Source: an uncultured cyanobacterium | GTDB taxonomy: Bacteria; Cyanobacteriota; Cyanobacteriia; Cyanobacteriales; Cyanobacteriaceae | Length of the DNA: 64,000 nucleotides | Direction of reading: 5' to 3' | Assembly: GCA_963710605.1 (NCBI GenBank) | Contig: CAVQBA010000005.1 | Span: 64,001-128,000 of the forward strand | Shown: positions 1-11,920 of the stretch, one piece after another | Layout of the letters: the number at the start of each line of letters is the position of its first letter | Position numbering within the stretch: the stretch's first letter is position 1 | Notes under the pieces: generated by a model | Databases searched by the model: none | Told to the model about the DNA's origin: nothing | The model's input: only the letters and a program-made list of their open reading frames with translations | Translations under genes and position numbers: made by a program

Positions 1-1240
1 CAACAGCTACTTTAGCGGCTTCTATATTTCCTGTATGCCCAACCATATCGGGGTTGGCGTAATTTACGATTACCATCGAATAAATACTTTTATCGATCGC
101 TTTACAAGTAATATCTGTTAATTCAACCGCTGACATAGCAGGTGCTTGGTCATATGTTGAAACCATTGGGCTAAAGACTAATTCTCTGTCCTCTCCTTCT
201 AGAGGTTGTTCTAAACCACCATTAAAGAAATAGGTAACGTGAGGATATTTTTCAGTTTCCGAAGCCCGAAATTGTTTTAATCCAGCGTCGGCAACTACTT
301 CTCCGAGAATATTAGTCAGGTGTTGTGGTGCAAAGGCTACTTCAACTGGTAAATTAGGATCATATTGAGTAAATGTAGCAAAATGAAGGTTATTTATTTT
401 TTCTCTCTCGAAACCATCAAATTCATCCATCATCAAAGCGTAACACATCTGTCTAGCTCGATCAGGACGGAAATTATAAAAGATAATACCATCACCTTCT
501 TCGATTAATCCTTCAGCCACACGAGTTGGCTCAACAAACTCATCGTAAACTTCTTGGGCGTATGATTCTTCTAATATTTGAGTGGCACTTCGAGAATCGA
601 TCGAACTTTCTTTGGTATATAAATCATAAGCTTTTTGGACACGATCCCAACGACGATCTCTATCCATAGCGTAGTAACGTCCACAAACAGTAGCTATTTT
701 ACCTACACCTATTTTTGCGATGTGTTCTTCGATCGTCTTGACAAATTTTACTCCATCAGCAATATTTGTATCTCTACCATCAGTAATTAAATGTACACAA
801 ACTTCTTCAATACCTTGTAACTTACTTAAATCTAATAACCCGACTAAATGATCAATATGAGAATGAACACCACCATTAGAGCATAAACCAATCAAATGTA
901 GCTTAGTTTTTGATTGACTAACATTTTGACAAATTTCTTTTAAAACAGGATTTTCAAATATACTTCCATCTTCTACAGCATCAGAAATTCTGACTAACTC
1001 TTGAGGTACAATACGTCCTGCACCTAAGTTCAGATGTCCTACTTCTGAATTTCCCATTTGTCCATTAGGTAATCCTACTTGCTTTCCAGATGCGTGAATT
1101 AATGTACTTGGGTATGCTTTAAATAAACTATCCATAATCGGTGTTTGTGCTAAAGCGATCGCATTACTGTTATCATTTTCCCGATAACCCCAACCATCTA
1201 AGATGACGAGTACAACTGGAGCTATGGCTGTGTTACTCAT
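1..1240 (-). CDS. gpmI: 2,3-bisphosphoglycerate-independent phosphoglycerate mutase (3' end outside window)
   Basis: Manual translation from ATG at 1240: MSNTAIAPVVLVILDGWGYRE...GLPNGQMGNSEVGHLNLGAGR...GGVHSH...DGRD...YANPDMVGHTG. Absent from the ORF track because it runs off the left edge. Confidence 0.95.
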   Translation of the reverse strand, partial: MSNTAIAPVVLVILDGWGYRENDNSNAIALAQTPIMDSLFKAYPSTLIHASGKQVGLPNGQMGNSEVGHLNLGAGRIVPQELVRISDAVEDGSIFENPVLKEICQNVSQSKTKLHLIGLCSNGGVHSHIDHLVGLLDLSKLQGIEEVCVHLITDGRDTNIADGVKFVKTIEEHIAKIGVGKIATVCGRYYAMDRDRRWDRVQKAYDLYTKESSIDSRSATQILEESYAQEVYDEFVEPTRVAEGLIEEGDGIIFYNFRPDRARQMCYALMMDEFDGFEREKINNLHFATFTQYDPNLPVEVAFAPQHLTNILGEVVADAGLKQFRASETEKYPHVTYFFNGGLEQPLEGEDRELVFSPMVSTYDQAPAMSAVELTDITCKAIDKSIYSMVIVNYANPDMVGHTGNIEAAKVAV

Positions 1241-1647
1241 AATAATTTATCCTGACAATCAAAAATGTTAAAATAGTGGCAATTTTTTGATGATAACACT
1301 GATGTCTAAATAGTTAAAGTTTTTTTTGAGCTTTACATGACATTTGCCTAATAATAGCTAATTAACTATTATTAATACTGATATAATTGTTTAGTTTTGC
1401 TAATAACAATTCGTTACTTTTTCCGAGAATAAAAAATAGAGAACTAGCTTAAAACTTCTTACTCTCTATATAAAATATAGAATAAGTTAACATAGTGATT
1501 ACGTATATTTATCTTAACTATCGTCTTGGTCAGCCTTTAATGTCTTGGTAGATTAAAACTCGCCGTCTGTTAACCGCTTACGTCTGTCGTATTACTAGCG
1601 GGCTTCTGACCACAATTATCAATTACTAATTATTAATTATCATTCCC

Positions 1648-3573
1648 ATGTCGATTAAAACTCCTGTAGAATTTCAAGACGAATTTGACGTAATTATTAT
1701 AGGTGCAGGACATTCAGGTTGCGAAGCGGCTTTAGCAAGTGCCAGACTTGGTTGTCGTACTATGATGTTAACTTTAAACCTCGATCGTATTGCTTGGCAA
1801 CCTTGTAACCCTGCTGTTGGTGGTCCTGCCAAATCTCAACTTACCCACGAAGTCGATGCTTTAGGGGGAGAAATCGGTAAAATGGCCGATCGTACCTATC
1901 TACAAAAAAGAGTACTCAATCTCTCTAGAGGACCTGCTGTATGGGCATTAAGAGCTCAAACAGATAAAAGAGAATACGCCGCCGTGATGAAAAATATTGT
2001 CGAAAACGAACCTAACCTATCTCTACGGGAGGGGATGGTAACGGATTTAGTTTTAGGCAAAAACGATGAGGTTATCGGGATTCAAACTTATTTTGGCACT
2101 TGTTTTAAATGCAAATCTGTGGTATTAACTACAGGTACATTTTTAGGCGGTAAAATCTGGATTGGTGGCAAATCAATGGATGCAGGAAGAGCGGGAGAAT
2201 TCGCCGCCATTGGTTTAACCGATACCCTTAACGAATTAGGTTTTGAAACAGGCAGACTGAAAACAGGTACTCCCGCCAGAGTCGATCGACGTACCGCTGA
2301 TTACAGCAAAATGGAAGTCCAACCTGCGGATACCGAAGTACGTTGGTTTAGCTTCGATCCTGAAGTTTGGGTAGAAAAAGAACAAATGAATTGTTATTTA
2401 ACTCGTACTACCACCGCAACTCATAAATTAATTAAAGATAACTTGCACTTATCGCCAATTTATGGTGGTTTTATTGATTCAAAAGGACCTCGTTATTGCC
2501 CTAGTATTGAAGATAAAATCGTTCGTTTTGCGGATAAAGATAGTCATCAAATATTTATTGAGCCAGAAGGTAGAGATATTCCTGAATTATATATTCAAGG
2601 TTTTTCAACGGGTTTACCTGAAAATATCCAACTAGCAATGTTGCATACTTTACCGGGTTTGGAAAACTGTGTCATGTTACGCCCTGCTTATGCGGTGGAA
2701 TACGACTATTTACCTGCAACTCAATGTTATCCGACTTTAATGACCAAAAAAATTGAAGGATTGTTTTCGGCTGGACAAATTAATGGTACGACAGGATACG
2801 AAGAAGCGGCGGCACAAGGTATTGTTGCGGGTATTAATGCGGCTAAATTTGCTCAAAATAAAGAGATGATTGTTTTTTCTCGTGAGCAAAGTTATCTAGG
2901 TACTTTGATTGATGATTTGTGTACAAAAGATTTACGTGAGCCTTACCGAATGTTAACATCACGATCGGAATATCGTTTGATTTTACGTTCTGATAATGCT
3001 GATAGACGTTTGACTCCTTTAGGTAGAGAAATTGGCTTAATAGACGATTGACGTTGGCAATTGTTTGAATCTAAACAAAAAAATATCATCGCCGAACAAG
3101 AAAGACTCTATGAAACAAGAATTAAAGAAAAAGAAGAAGTAGGGATAAAATTTACTCAATCTACAGGTGAAAAAATTAAATGTGCGATTACTTTATCTGA
3201 ACTATTACGTCGCCCTGGTGTTCATTATTCTAATTTAGAAGAACATAATTTGGGTAATCCTGAACTAAATAAAGCCGAAAAAGAAGGTGCAGAAATAGAG
3301 ATAAAATACTCTGGTTATATCAAACGTCAAGAAACTCAAATCAGAGAAGTTAGTCGTAACAATAATCGTAAATTAGCCGAAAGTTTGGATTATATGTCGA
3401 TTGAAACTCTTTCGATGGAAGCAAGAGAAAAACTGAATAAAGTAAAGCCTCTAACGATTGGGCAAGCATCAAGAATTGGTGGTGTAAATCCTGCTGATAT
3501 TAATGCTTTATTGATTTATTTGGAGGTAAATGGCAGACAACGCAAACAGCAATATAGTGCTTCTAATAATTAA
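1648..3573 (+). CDS. mnmG: tRNA uridine-5-carboxymethylaminomethyl(34) synthesis enzyme MnmG/GidA, split by one in-frame TGA at 3049-3051
   Basis: [58 protein letters not shown]. ORFs 1648..3051 and 3061..3573 are in the same frame (GLIDD*RWQLFE). Confidence 0.93.
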
Positions 3574-3597
3574 CTATTCCCCAATCAACAATTAATT

Positions 3598-4155
3598 ATG
3601 GTTACTACTGTTAAATCTGGTTTAAATTTAGAAGAGTTTTTACAACAACCCGAAACAAAACCTGCTACAGAATTTATTGACGGAAAAATTAGACAAAAAC
3701 CGATGCCTCAAGGACAACATAGTAGAATACAATATAAAATCTGTGCGGTTATAAATAAGGTAACCGAATCTGAGAAAATAGCTTGTGCCTTTCCTGAATT
3801 ACGTTGTAATATCGAAGGACGTTCTCTTGTACCAGATGTAGTTGTCTTTTCTTGGTCGAGAATACCTTTAACTGAAGAGGGAAAAATAGCTAATCGTGTT
3901 GATACATATCCAGATTGGTGTATTGAAATTTTATCTCCAGAGCAAAGTTTAACTCTGGTATTGGATAAATTATTATTTTTGTCGCAATCTGGGACTAAAT
4001 TAGGCTGGTTAATTAATCCTGAAGAAGAGGCTATTTTTGTAATTTTTCCTGAGCAGAAAGTACATTTATTTAAAGGCGATCGTGTTTTACCAGTATTAGA
4101 AAATATTGATTTAAAGTTAACGGTGAATGATATTTTTAGTTGGTTAAAATTTTAG
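3598..4155 (+). CDS. Uma2 family (PD-(D/E)XK-like) putative endonuclease
   Basis: LEEFLQQPETKPATEFIDG...KPMP...FPELRC...VPDV...PDWCIEILSP, typical of cyanobacterial Uma2 proteins. Confidence 0.88.
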   Translation: MVTTVKSGLNLEEFLQQPETKPATEFIDGKIRQKPMPQGQHSRIQYKICAVINKVTESEKIACAFPELRCNIEGRSLVPDVVVFSWSRIPLTEEGKIANRVDTYPDWCIEILSPEQSLTLVLDKLLFLSQSGTKLGWLINPEEEAIFVIFPEQKVHLFKGDRVLPVLENIDLKLTVNDIFSWLKF

Positions 4156-4196
4156 TAAGTTTTAGTTTTTTAAAGGGATATAACGATCGTTTCTCT

Positions 4197-4268
4197 GTAG
4201 GTTGGGTTGAACTAAAAAATCTTGAAGAAATAATGAATACATTAAAAAAAAGAAACCCAACACCTAAC
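4197..4268. repeat. GTAG-type REP-like inverted repeat
   Basis: GTAGGTTGGGTTGA...GAAACCCAACACCTAAC. Related short palindromes at about 28265-28286, 48072-48099 and 58019-58044. Confidence 0.55.
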
Positions 4269-4284
4269 TCTGGCTAAAGTTCAT

Positions 4285-4342
4285 AACCCACCTTGAATTT
4301 AAATTCAAGGCTAATAGTGATCGTTTAATAAATTAAACTTAA
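4285..4342 (+). repeat. Dispersed double-hairpin repeat (family B), copy 1 of 3
   Basis: AACCCACCTTGAA..TTCAAGGCTAATAG..CGTTTAATAAATTAAACTTAA. Similar copies at 21421-21480 (+) and 6847-6906 (-). Confidence 0.7.
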
Positions 4343-4344
4343 TA

Positions 4345-4803
4345 TTAATCTTTTTTACTAGCACTAAGTAAACGAGGTAAAGTCTTCTGATATTTTCTGA
4401 GTCTTTGATAATCTCGCTCGGTAGGATGAGGAAGACGATTCATATCCATGTTGTCTCGCATATCAGCAATTTTAACCTGTAAGGCTAACGGATTAGACGT
4501 TACTCGATCGATATAATCATTGTAATCTTCTCCTTGACGTTTGGTAATCGCATCGATCGCATTTACTATCTGGGGAGGAAAACCTAAATCGACTAAAGTA
4601 TCAAGGGTTAGATCGGAATCTTCTACAGTATCATGAAGTACAGCGACAATTTTTGCTTCAACGGTTTCTAGACTATTCATCACTCTCAAGGGATGTTCGA
4701 TGTAAGGTTTACCTGCTTTATCTAGTTGCCCTTGGTGAGCATCTTTAGCAATTTGTTGGGCTTTCTCTAATAAAGTTTCTAAATCTAGAGGAGATAATGT
4801 CAT
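4345..4803 (-). CDS. Small HD-domain protein, RelA/SpoT-hydrolase (Mesh1/SAH)-like
   Basis: AHQGQLDKAGKPYIEHPLRV, VLHDTVED and VKIADMRDN motifs. Confidence 0.8.
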   Translation of the reverse strand: MTLSPLDLETLLEKAQQIAKDAHQGQLDKAGKPYIEHPLRVMNSLETVEAKIVAVLHDTVEDSDLTLDTLVDLGFPPQIVNAIDAITKRQGEDYNDYIDRVTSNPLALQVKIADMRDNMDMNRLPHPTERDYQRLRKYQKTLPRLLSASKKD

Positions 4804-4888
4804 TGTCTGTTGAGTTTGAGATTAGCTATTTATGGGTTACGGATAAGTTATACCAATTCAAATAAAATTGGCAGTAGTTGTTACAGGT

Positions 4889-4999
4889 AAGTCCCCCAGT
4901 CTCCCCTTTCAAGGGGAGGGGCTGTCACCTGAATTCATTTCAGGTGCTTGTAAGCCCCGTGAGATGCCGAAGGCAGAGGGGTCGGGGATTTAGGGGGAT
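4889..4999 (-). repeat. CCCCCTAAATCCCC...GGGGACTT core repeat carrying nested inserts
   Basis: Ends AAGTCCCC...GGGGATTTAGGGGGAT. Internal 51-bp module 4911-4961 recurs at 37127-37177 with one mismatch. Confidence 0.75.
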
Positions 5000-5175
5000 T
5001 AATCTGTCTTTTTATTTTTTGAATTTAGTATTACTAATAAATTTATTAAAGTCAATCAATATCCATATCTATTCTATTCAAAAAACGATCGTATCTATTT
5101 CAAAGGTAATAATCAATCATATTTGAAAAAAAGCTAAAATTGATTTTAATAATAGCGAACTTTAAAAAAATAAAA

Positions 5176-5829
5176 ATGAAAATTAAGCATCCTATTAATC
5201 TTCATAAGGGTTTAACTGCGATCGTGGTTTTGTCTTTGATGATCGTTTACAATAACTTCAGTATGGTTGCTTGGACTTATCTTGCTCTTCATGGTACTTA
5301 TGGTATTTTATGGTTACTCAAAGATCGTATTTATCCTGATAAACAATGGGAACAAGAAATACCTTTCATATTAGGTATTGTCGGCTTTTTTGTTGTCTGT
5401 TTGTATTGGGTAGCCCCATTTATACTCATTAGTAGTGGAAATGAGGCTTCGCCACCTTTAATTGCCATTGCTATTAGTCTTAATATTTTTGGTGTTTTTC
5501 TTCATTACAGTAGCGATGCTCAAAAATATTACACTCTTAAATATAAATCTGGGTTAATAGATGAAGGTTTTTTTGCACGTTGTCGTAACACTAATTATCT
5601 TGGCGAAATAATGATTTATCTCAGTTTTGCTTTATTAGTACAACATTGGTTACCTTATGTGATTTTAGGATTATTTGCTTGTTTTATTTTTATTCCTAAT
5701 ATGTTGAAAAAAGACAAATCTCTTTCTCGTTATCCCGAATTTGAACAATACAAACAAAATTCTGGGTTGATATTACCTCAACTATTAAACAACAATTCAG
5801 AATCAACATCCTCCGCTCAAGAAAGTTAA
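5176..5829 (+). CDS. DUF1295 / steroid-5-alpha-reductase-like membrane protein
   Basis: Multi-TM; YLALHGTYG, SDAQKY and GFFARCRNTNYLGE motifs. ATG 5176 preferred over TTG 5140. Confidence 0.75.
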   Translation: MKIKHPINLHKGLTAIVVLSLMIVYNNFSMVAWTYLALHGTYGILWLLKDRIYPDKQWEQEIPFILGIVGFFVVCLYWVAPFILISSGNEASPPLIAIAISLNIFGVFLHYSSDAQKYYTLKYKSGLIDEGFFARCRNTNYLGEIMIYLSFALLVQHWLPYVILGLFACFIFIPNMLKKDKSLSRYPEFEQYKQNSGLILPQLLNNNSESTSSAQES

Positions 5830-5838
5830 GTAGATAAA

Positions 5839-6696
5839 ATGCAAGTTAGTCATATTTTTCTTTACCCGATCAAATCTTGTCGGGGAATTAGTTTAAACAA
5901 AGCCCAAATTAAACCTCAAGGTTTGACTGATTACGAACAACAAAAAATATACGATCGACAATTTATGTTAGTAGATGAAAAGGGTAAATTTATTACCCAA
6001 AGACAATATCCTCAACTAGCAACTATTAAAATAGAAATCAATAATAACAACCTATATTTAAGTAGTGAAGAAAATAATATAGGTACTTTTGAGGTAATTC
6101 CTAGTAACGAAGGGGAACAAATAAAAGTAGATATTTGGCGAGATAAAACGATCGCTATTGACCAAGGAGATGAAGTTGCAAATTGGTTTAAACAAGCTTT
6201 AAAAATAAATATTAATTGTCGTTTGGTTCAACAATCCGATGCTCATATTAGGGCCATTAATCCTCGTTATAGTATTAAACGAAATCAACCTGTTAGTTTT
6301 GCCGATGGGTTTCCTTTTTTATTATTAAATACTGCTTCTATAGACGATTTAAATAAACGTTTGAGTGTTAAATATCCCGAAGATAAAATACAAATAGACA
6401 TCGATCGTTTTCGTCCTAATATAGTAGTGGAAACGGACGAACCTTTTATTGAAGATAAATGGAAAAAAATTATCATCGGTGATTGTAGATTTGCTGTCGT
6501 CAAACCTTGTAGCCGTTGTATCATAACTACAACAGACCAATCTACTGGTCATAGAAACGAACTAAAAGAGCCATTACTAACTTTAAGTAATTATCGTAAT
6601 ACCTCTGAAGGTATCATGTTCGGACAAAATGCGATCGCCATCGATCGAAGTACTATTAATTTAGGAGATATAATCAGTATAATTGATAATTTATAA
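5839..6696 (+). CDS. MOSC domain-containing protein
   Basis: YPIKSCRG, DRQFML, SFADGFP, RFRPNIVV, KPCSRC, FGQN. Confidence 0.9.
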   Translation: MQVSHIFLYPIKSCRGISLNKAQIKPQGLTDYEQQKIYDRQFMLVDEKGKFITQRQYPQLATIKIEINNNNLYLSSEENNIGTFEVIPSNEGEQIKVDIWRDKTIAIDQGDEVANWFKQALKININCRLVQQSDAHIRAINPRYSIKRNQPVSFADGFPFLLLNTASIDDLNKRLSVKYPEDKIQIDIDRFRPNIVVETDEPFIEDKWKKIIIGDCRFAVVKPCSRCIITTTDQSTGHRNELKEPLLTLSNYRNTSEGIMFGQNAIAIDRSTINLGDIISIIDNL

Positions 6697-7012
6697 TTGA
6701 TAATTTATAATTGATAATTGATGTTTTCAAATAAACAAAATAATTAGAACTTAAGTATTAGCAATCAGTTTAAAATTGAGGAATAAAAATTTGAGTTTTA
6801 ATAATAATTATTTAAGCTAAAAATAAAATATTTTCGCTATTTTCAATTAAGTTTAATTTATTAAACGAATTATATGAGCGATGACAATGATAATTCAAGG
6901 CGGGTTTAAGACTTAAGTTTGAATATTATTATTACTCTCTCAATCAAGATTAAAATGACTATATAACGTAAAATAAAACTTACTACTTTATCATTAATAA
7001 TTAGTTGAAAGT

Positions 7013-7120
7013 TTACTTTCCAGCACAAGGATTTTTGGACGCACAAGGATTTTTACCAGCACAGGGGTTGTTAGATGCACATGGATTAACACTGACAATA
7101 GCTTCTTTTTGAATATTTGT
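7013..7120 (-). pseudogene. 3' part of a small NPCA-repeat Cys-rich peptide gene
   Basis: Manual translation: ...TNIQKEAIVSVNPCASNNPCAGKNPCASKNPCAGK*. An in-frame TGA lies upstream at 7163-7165 and there is no ATG. Confidence 0.65.
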
Positions 7121-7280
7121 TTTAACGGTAGGAGATATTATCGGTTTTACGGCTAACACAATTCATCATGTTGAAGTAGCTGGGTATGAGCCTGTGGTTA
7201 GTTTTAATATCTCTGGTATCACTGACTATGATTCGAGGTATGAATTCGATCGTCATCAGCAAACAGCGATTAATTTTTAG
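7113..7280 (+). pseudogene. C-terminal remnant of a cupin / cysteine-dioxygenase-like protein
   Basis: Manual translation: IFVLTVGDIIGFTANTIHHVEVAGYEPVVSFNISGITDYDSRYEFDRHQQTAINF*, a cupin motif-2-like GDII...IHxV. Confidence 0.6.
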
Positions 7281-7473
7281 GTAATTAATTCAGCAAAAAT
7301 TATAATTTTTCTTTTTAATAGACCGAACCGACGTGTTTTGATAAGATTTAGAATATGCAATGCAATGGTTTTAATAAATTCAATGGTTAATGTCAGGCTT
7401 TGCCTAACATAATCGATAATTTAAGACAAACTTAATTTTACTTTAAGAAAATAAGGAGTATATTTAAAATTAA

Positions 7474-8643
<1,170 letters not shown>

Positions 8644-8683
8644 ATCTAAATATTATTATTTAGCTAAATTAAATTAAAATATC

Positions 8684-8721
8684 GATCCCCCCAACCCCCC
8701 TTACAGAAGGGGGGCTTTTTC
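8684..8721 (+). terminator. GC hairpin plus T-run after petH (repeat-derived, probable intrinsic terminator)
   Basis: CCCCCCTT-ACAG-AAGGGGGG followed by CTTTTTT. Confidence 0.55.
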
Positions 8722-9070
8722 ATTCTTAAATTTTGTCATTTTTATCACTAAGAAATAGCAGTAAACGTAGCTGTTTTTTTCGCTTTAGTAAAAATACAAT
8801 GTAACCAACGAGCGATCGATCGAGTAGTAATAGCTTCTAGCTATTTACTTTGAGCTTCTAGCTATTTTCGGCTACCGAGAATGAAACAGCCCTGCCCTTA
8901 CAGTACAGAAGAGGGGCTTTTTTGTCGATTTATACTCAAGGCGGATTAGACGATCGAGTTTTAGTAGTATTTTTTGAAAGTGGTCTGATTTTTATCGCAA
9001 ACTGAGGTTGATTATGTTTACAATTATGATGGGTTTATGCTTCGCCCTACTCCTTTTTGCTCGGTAAATT

Positions 9071-9925
9071 ATGAATTTTTTTGCTTTTCAATTTCAATCC
9101 CCAGGACCAATTTTATTAGAAATAGGACCAATTACCTTACGTTGGTATGGCTTATTAATTGCTTGTGCTGTTTTAATTGGTGTCAATGTCTCGCAATATC
9201 TGGGTAAATATCGTAATTTAGATCCTGATACTATTAGTGATTTAGTTGTTTGGTTGGTTGTTGGGGCAATTCCTTGTGCTAGGATTTATTATGTTTTATT
9301 TCAATGGCAGGAATATTCACAACGCCCTGAGGATATTATCGCTATTTGGCAAGGTGGTATTGCTATTCATGGAGCAATTATTGGTGGAACGATCGCAGCG
9401 ATCATTTTTGCTAAATTTAATAAGTTATCTTTTTGGCAAATTACTGATGTGATTGCACCTTCATTAATTTTAGGTCAAGCGATCGGTAGGTGGGGTAATT
9501 TTTTTAATTCGGAAGCTTTTGGCAGACCAACTGATTTACCTTGGAAAGTCTATATTCCTCCTTTTCATCGTCCTATACAATATATTGACGCTGAGTTTTT
9601 TCATCCCACTTTTTTATATGAATCTTTATGGAATTTGTTAGTATTTGCACTTTTGATGTCTCTATTTTTTTGGGGTGTTAGAAATCAAAACAAATTGAAA
9701 GTAGGTACGATCGCTTTTGTTTATTTAATTAGTTATAGTTTGGGTAGAGTTTGGATTGAAGGTTTTAGGATTGATAGTTTGATGTTAGCTGATTTTCGGG
9801 TTGCTCAGTTAATTAGCTTGAGTGCGATCGTTTTTGGTATCTTAGGTTTAGTTTGGTTGTATGTTTGGAAAAAACCATTACCAGATACTTATCAAGCTCA
9901 TCGTCGTCATCATCTCAAAGATTAA
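9071..9925 (+). CDS. lgt: Prolipoprotein diacylglyceryl transferase
   Basis: [45 protein letters not shown]. Confidence 0.97.
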   Translation: MNFFAFQFQSPGPILLEIGPITLRWYGLLIACAVLIGVNVSQYLGKYRNLDPDTISDLVVWLVVGAIPCARIYYVLFQWQEYSQRPEDIIAIWQGGIAIHGAIIGGTIAAIIFAKFNKLSFWQITDVIAPSLILGQAIGRWGNFFNSEAFGRPTDLPWKVYIPPFHRPIQYIDAEFFHPTFLYESLWNLLVFALLMSLFFWGVRNQNKLKVGTIAFVYLISYSLGRVWIEGFRIDSLMLADFRVAQLISLSAIVFGILGLVWLYVWKKPLPDTYQAHRRHHLKD

Positions 9926-10309
9926 TAACCAAAGCAAGCACAGAGACTCGTGGAAAAGCACTAATTAATCACAAATTGCACTTAGGTAGGCTGATAGATT
10001 TTTTTGAGAATACGTCAAAAAAGCCCTTCTTATTTCAAATAAAGATAGTATTTCTAGTGTTATACAATAAGTACTATTGAACTACGATTGTCACCATGAA
10101 TATTGATTACTTTAAGTACTTTAATTAATTTTCTCGTGATTGAATTTAAACAAATTAAATTTTGATCGGTAGATAAACTAAAAAAAGTAGGTTACTCTAA
10201 TATGTCAGGTTAAAATCAAAAAAGACTTTTTAATCGAAAAAATAATTAATCTTGATTAAAATCTTTTTGAAATTAACTCAAACGTGAATCAATTTGGTGA
10301 GTAAGAATC

Positions 10310-11323
10310 ATGGCAGTTCAATTACAGCAAGCTTTATCTGTTGGTAGTTATATATTTGCACAAAGACTACAAGGTAAAAAAAAGTTCCCTTTAGTCTTAA
10401 TGCTAGAACCATTATTTCGCTGTAATCTGGCTTGTCCGGGTTGCGGAAAGATACAACATCCTTTCGAGATACTCAAACAACACTTATCTCCTGAGCAATG
10501 TTTTAAAGCAGTAGAAGAATGTGGTGCACCCGTTGTCTCTATCCCCGGAGGAGAGCCTTTACTTCATCCTCAAATGGGCGAAATAGTTAAAGGATTAGTA
10601 GAAAGAAAAAAATATGTTTATCTTTGCACTAACGGTATATTGTTAGAAGAAAAATTAAATTTATTTGAACCATCTCCTTATCTAACTTTTAGTGTACATT
10701 TAGATGGCTTACAAGAAATACATGATCAGTGTGTTAACCGAGACGGAATATTTGACAAAGCAGTTAAAGCAATTAAAACGGCTAAGGCTAAAGGATTTAG
10801 GGTAACAACCAATACGACTATCTTTGAAGGTACTAAACCTGAAGATATGCAAGAGTTTTTTGATTTTCTGGGAACACTTGATACTGATGGAATGATGATT
10901 TCACCCGGATATAGTTATGAATGGGCGCCAGATCAGGAACATTTTTTAAAAAGAGAACAAACTAAAACTTTGTTTAGAGCAATACTTAATCCTTGGAAAA
11001 CAGGTAAAAAACGTTGGAATTTTAATCATAATCCTCTTTTTCTCGATTTTTTGATGGGTGAGAAAGACTATGAATGTACTCCTTGGGGAAGCCCTAGTTA
11101 TAGTGTCTTAGGTTGGCAAAAGCCTTGCTATCTTCTTAATGAAGGACATTATGATACTTTTCAAGAGTTGTTAGATAATACCGATTGGAGTCAATACGGT
11201 AATAAAAGTGATAATCTTCAATGTGCTGATTGTATGGTTCACTGTGGCTACGAGCCAACTGCGGCTGTAGATGCTTTTAAACTAGAAAACACAGGTAGAG
11301 CAATATCTAGTTTGTTTGGTTAA
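10310..11323 (+). CDS. hpnH: Adenosyl-hopene transferase, radical SAM (hopanoid biosynthesis)
   Basis: [21 protein letters not shown] (CxxxCxxC), [23 protein letters not shown]. Confidence 0.93.
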   Translation: MAVQLQQALSVGSYIFAQRLQGKKKFPLVLMLEPLFRCNLACPGCGKIQHPFEILKQHLSPEQCFKAVEECGAPVVSIPGGEPLLHPQMGEIVKGLVERKKYVYLCTNGILLEEKLNLFEPSPYLTFSVHLDGLQEIHDQCVNRDGIFDKAVKAIKTAKAKGFRVTTNTTIFEGTKPEDMQEFFDFLGTLDTDGMMISPGYSYEWAPDQEHFLKREQTKTLFRAILNPWKTGKKRWNFNHNPLFLDFLMGEKDYECTPWGSPSYSVLGWQKPCYLLNEGHYDTFQELLDNTDWSQYGNKSDNLQCADCMVHCGYEPTAAVDAFKLENTGRAISSLFG

Positions 11324-11554
11324 AATAAAGTGTTTTTCAGGTGAACAGATCATTAATCATCAATAATTTGTTTACCTGTATTGGAAATTATTATTTAACT
11401 ATTTATTATGAGCATTTTATATTCTTAGTGAAGTATTTTAATCTGTTAGCAAAGATACAAAATCAAATTTTCTTTTTTTTGATCACAGATAAAGAATAGA
11501 ATAGATATATATTCTGTCAAAAGTAATCATTGTCACATTTATCTATTAATTATT

Positions 11555-11920
11555 ATGACTACAGTATTACTTGTCGAAGATAGTATGCCGACAAGAAAAA
11601 TGATGAGTAAATTATTAGTCAAACAAGGTTTTAAAGTAGAAGCGGCGATCGATGGGATTCAAGCTCTAGAAATATTACCAACTATCGATCCTGATTTAGT
11701 TATTTTAGATATTGTGATGCCAAAAATGAATGGTTATGAATTATGTCGTAAAATAAAATCTAATCCAAAAACTAAAAATGTACCTGTAATAATCTGCTCG
11801 GCAAAAGCAGAAGATTTCGATCGTTATTGGGGAATAAAACAAGGTGCTGATGCTTATATTGCTAAGCCATTTGAAGATAAAGAGTTAATTGCGACTATTA
11901 GGCAATTTATTAAACAATAG
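11555..11920 (+). CDS. pilH: CheY-like response regulator (PilH-type) of the pilus chemosensory cluster
   Basis: Single receiver domain (LLVED, LDIVMP, DRYWGIKQGADAYIAKPF) upstream of cheW and an MCP. Confidence 0.8.
   Translation: MTTVLLVEDSMPTRKMMSKLLVKQGFKVEAAIDGIQALEILPTIDPDLVILDIVMPKMNGYELCRKIKSNPKTKNVPVIICSAKAEDFDRYWGIKQGADAYIAKPFEDKELIATIRQFIKQ

Noticed and set aside
3049-3051. Selenocysteine or TGA reassignment in mnmG
   Set aside because: pyrC ends in TGA and Trp is encoded by TGG throughout; the site is not a plausible Cys position.
4878-5126. 82-aa ORF
   Set aside because: It reads through a composite repeat and AT-rich spacer with no protein-like features.
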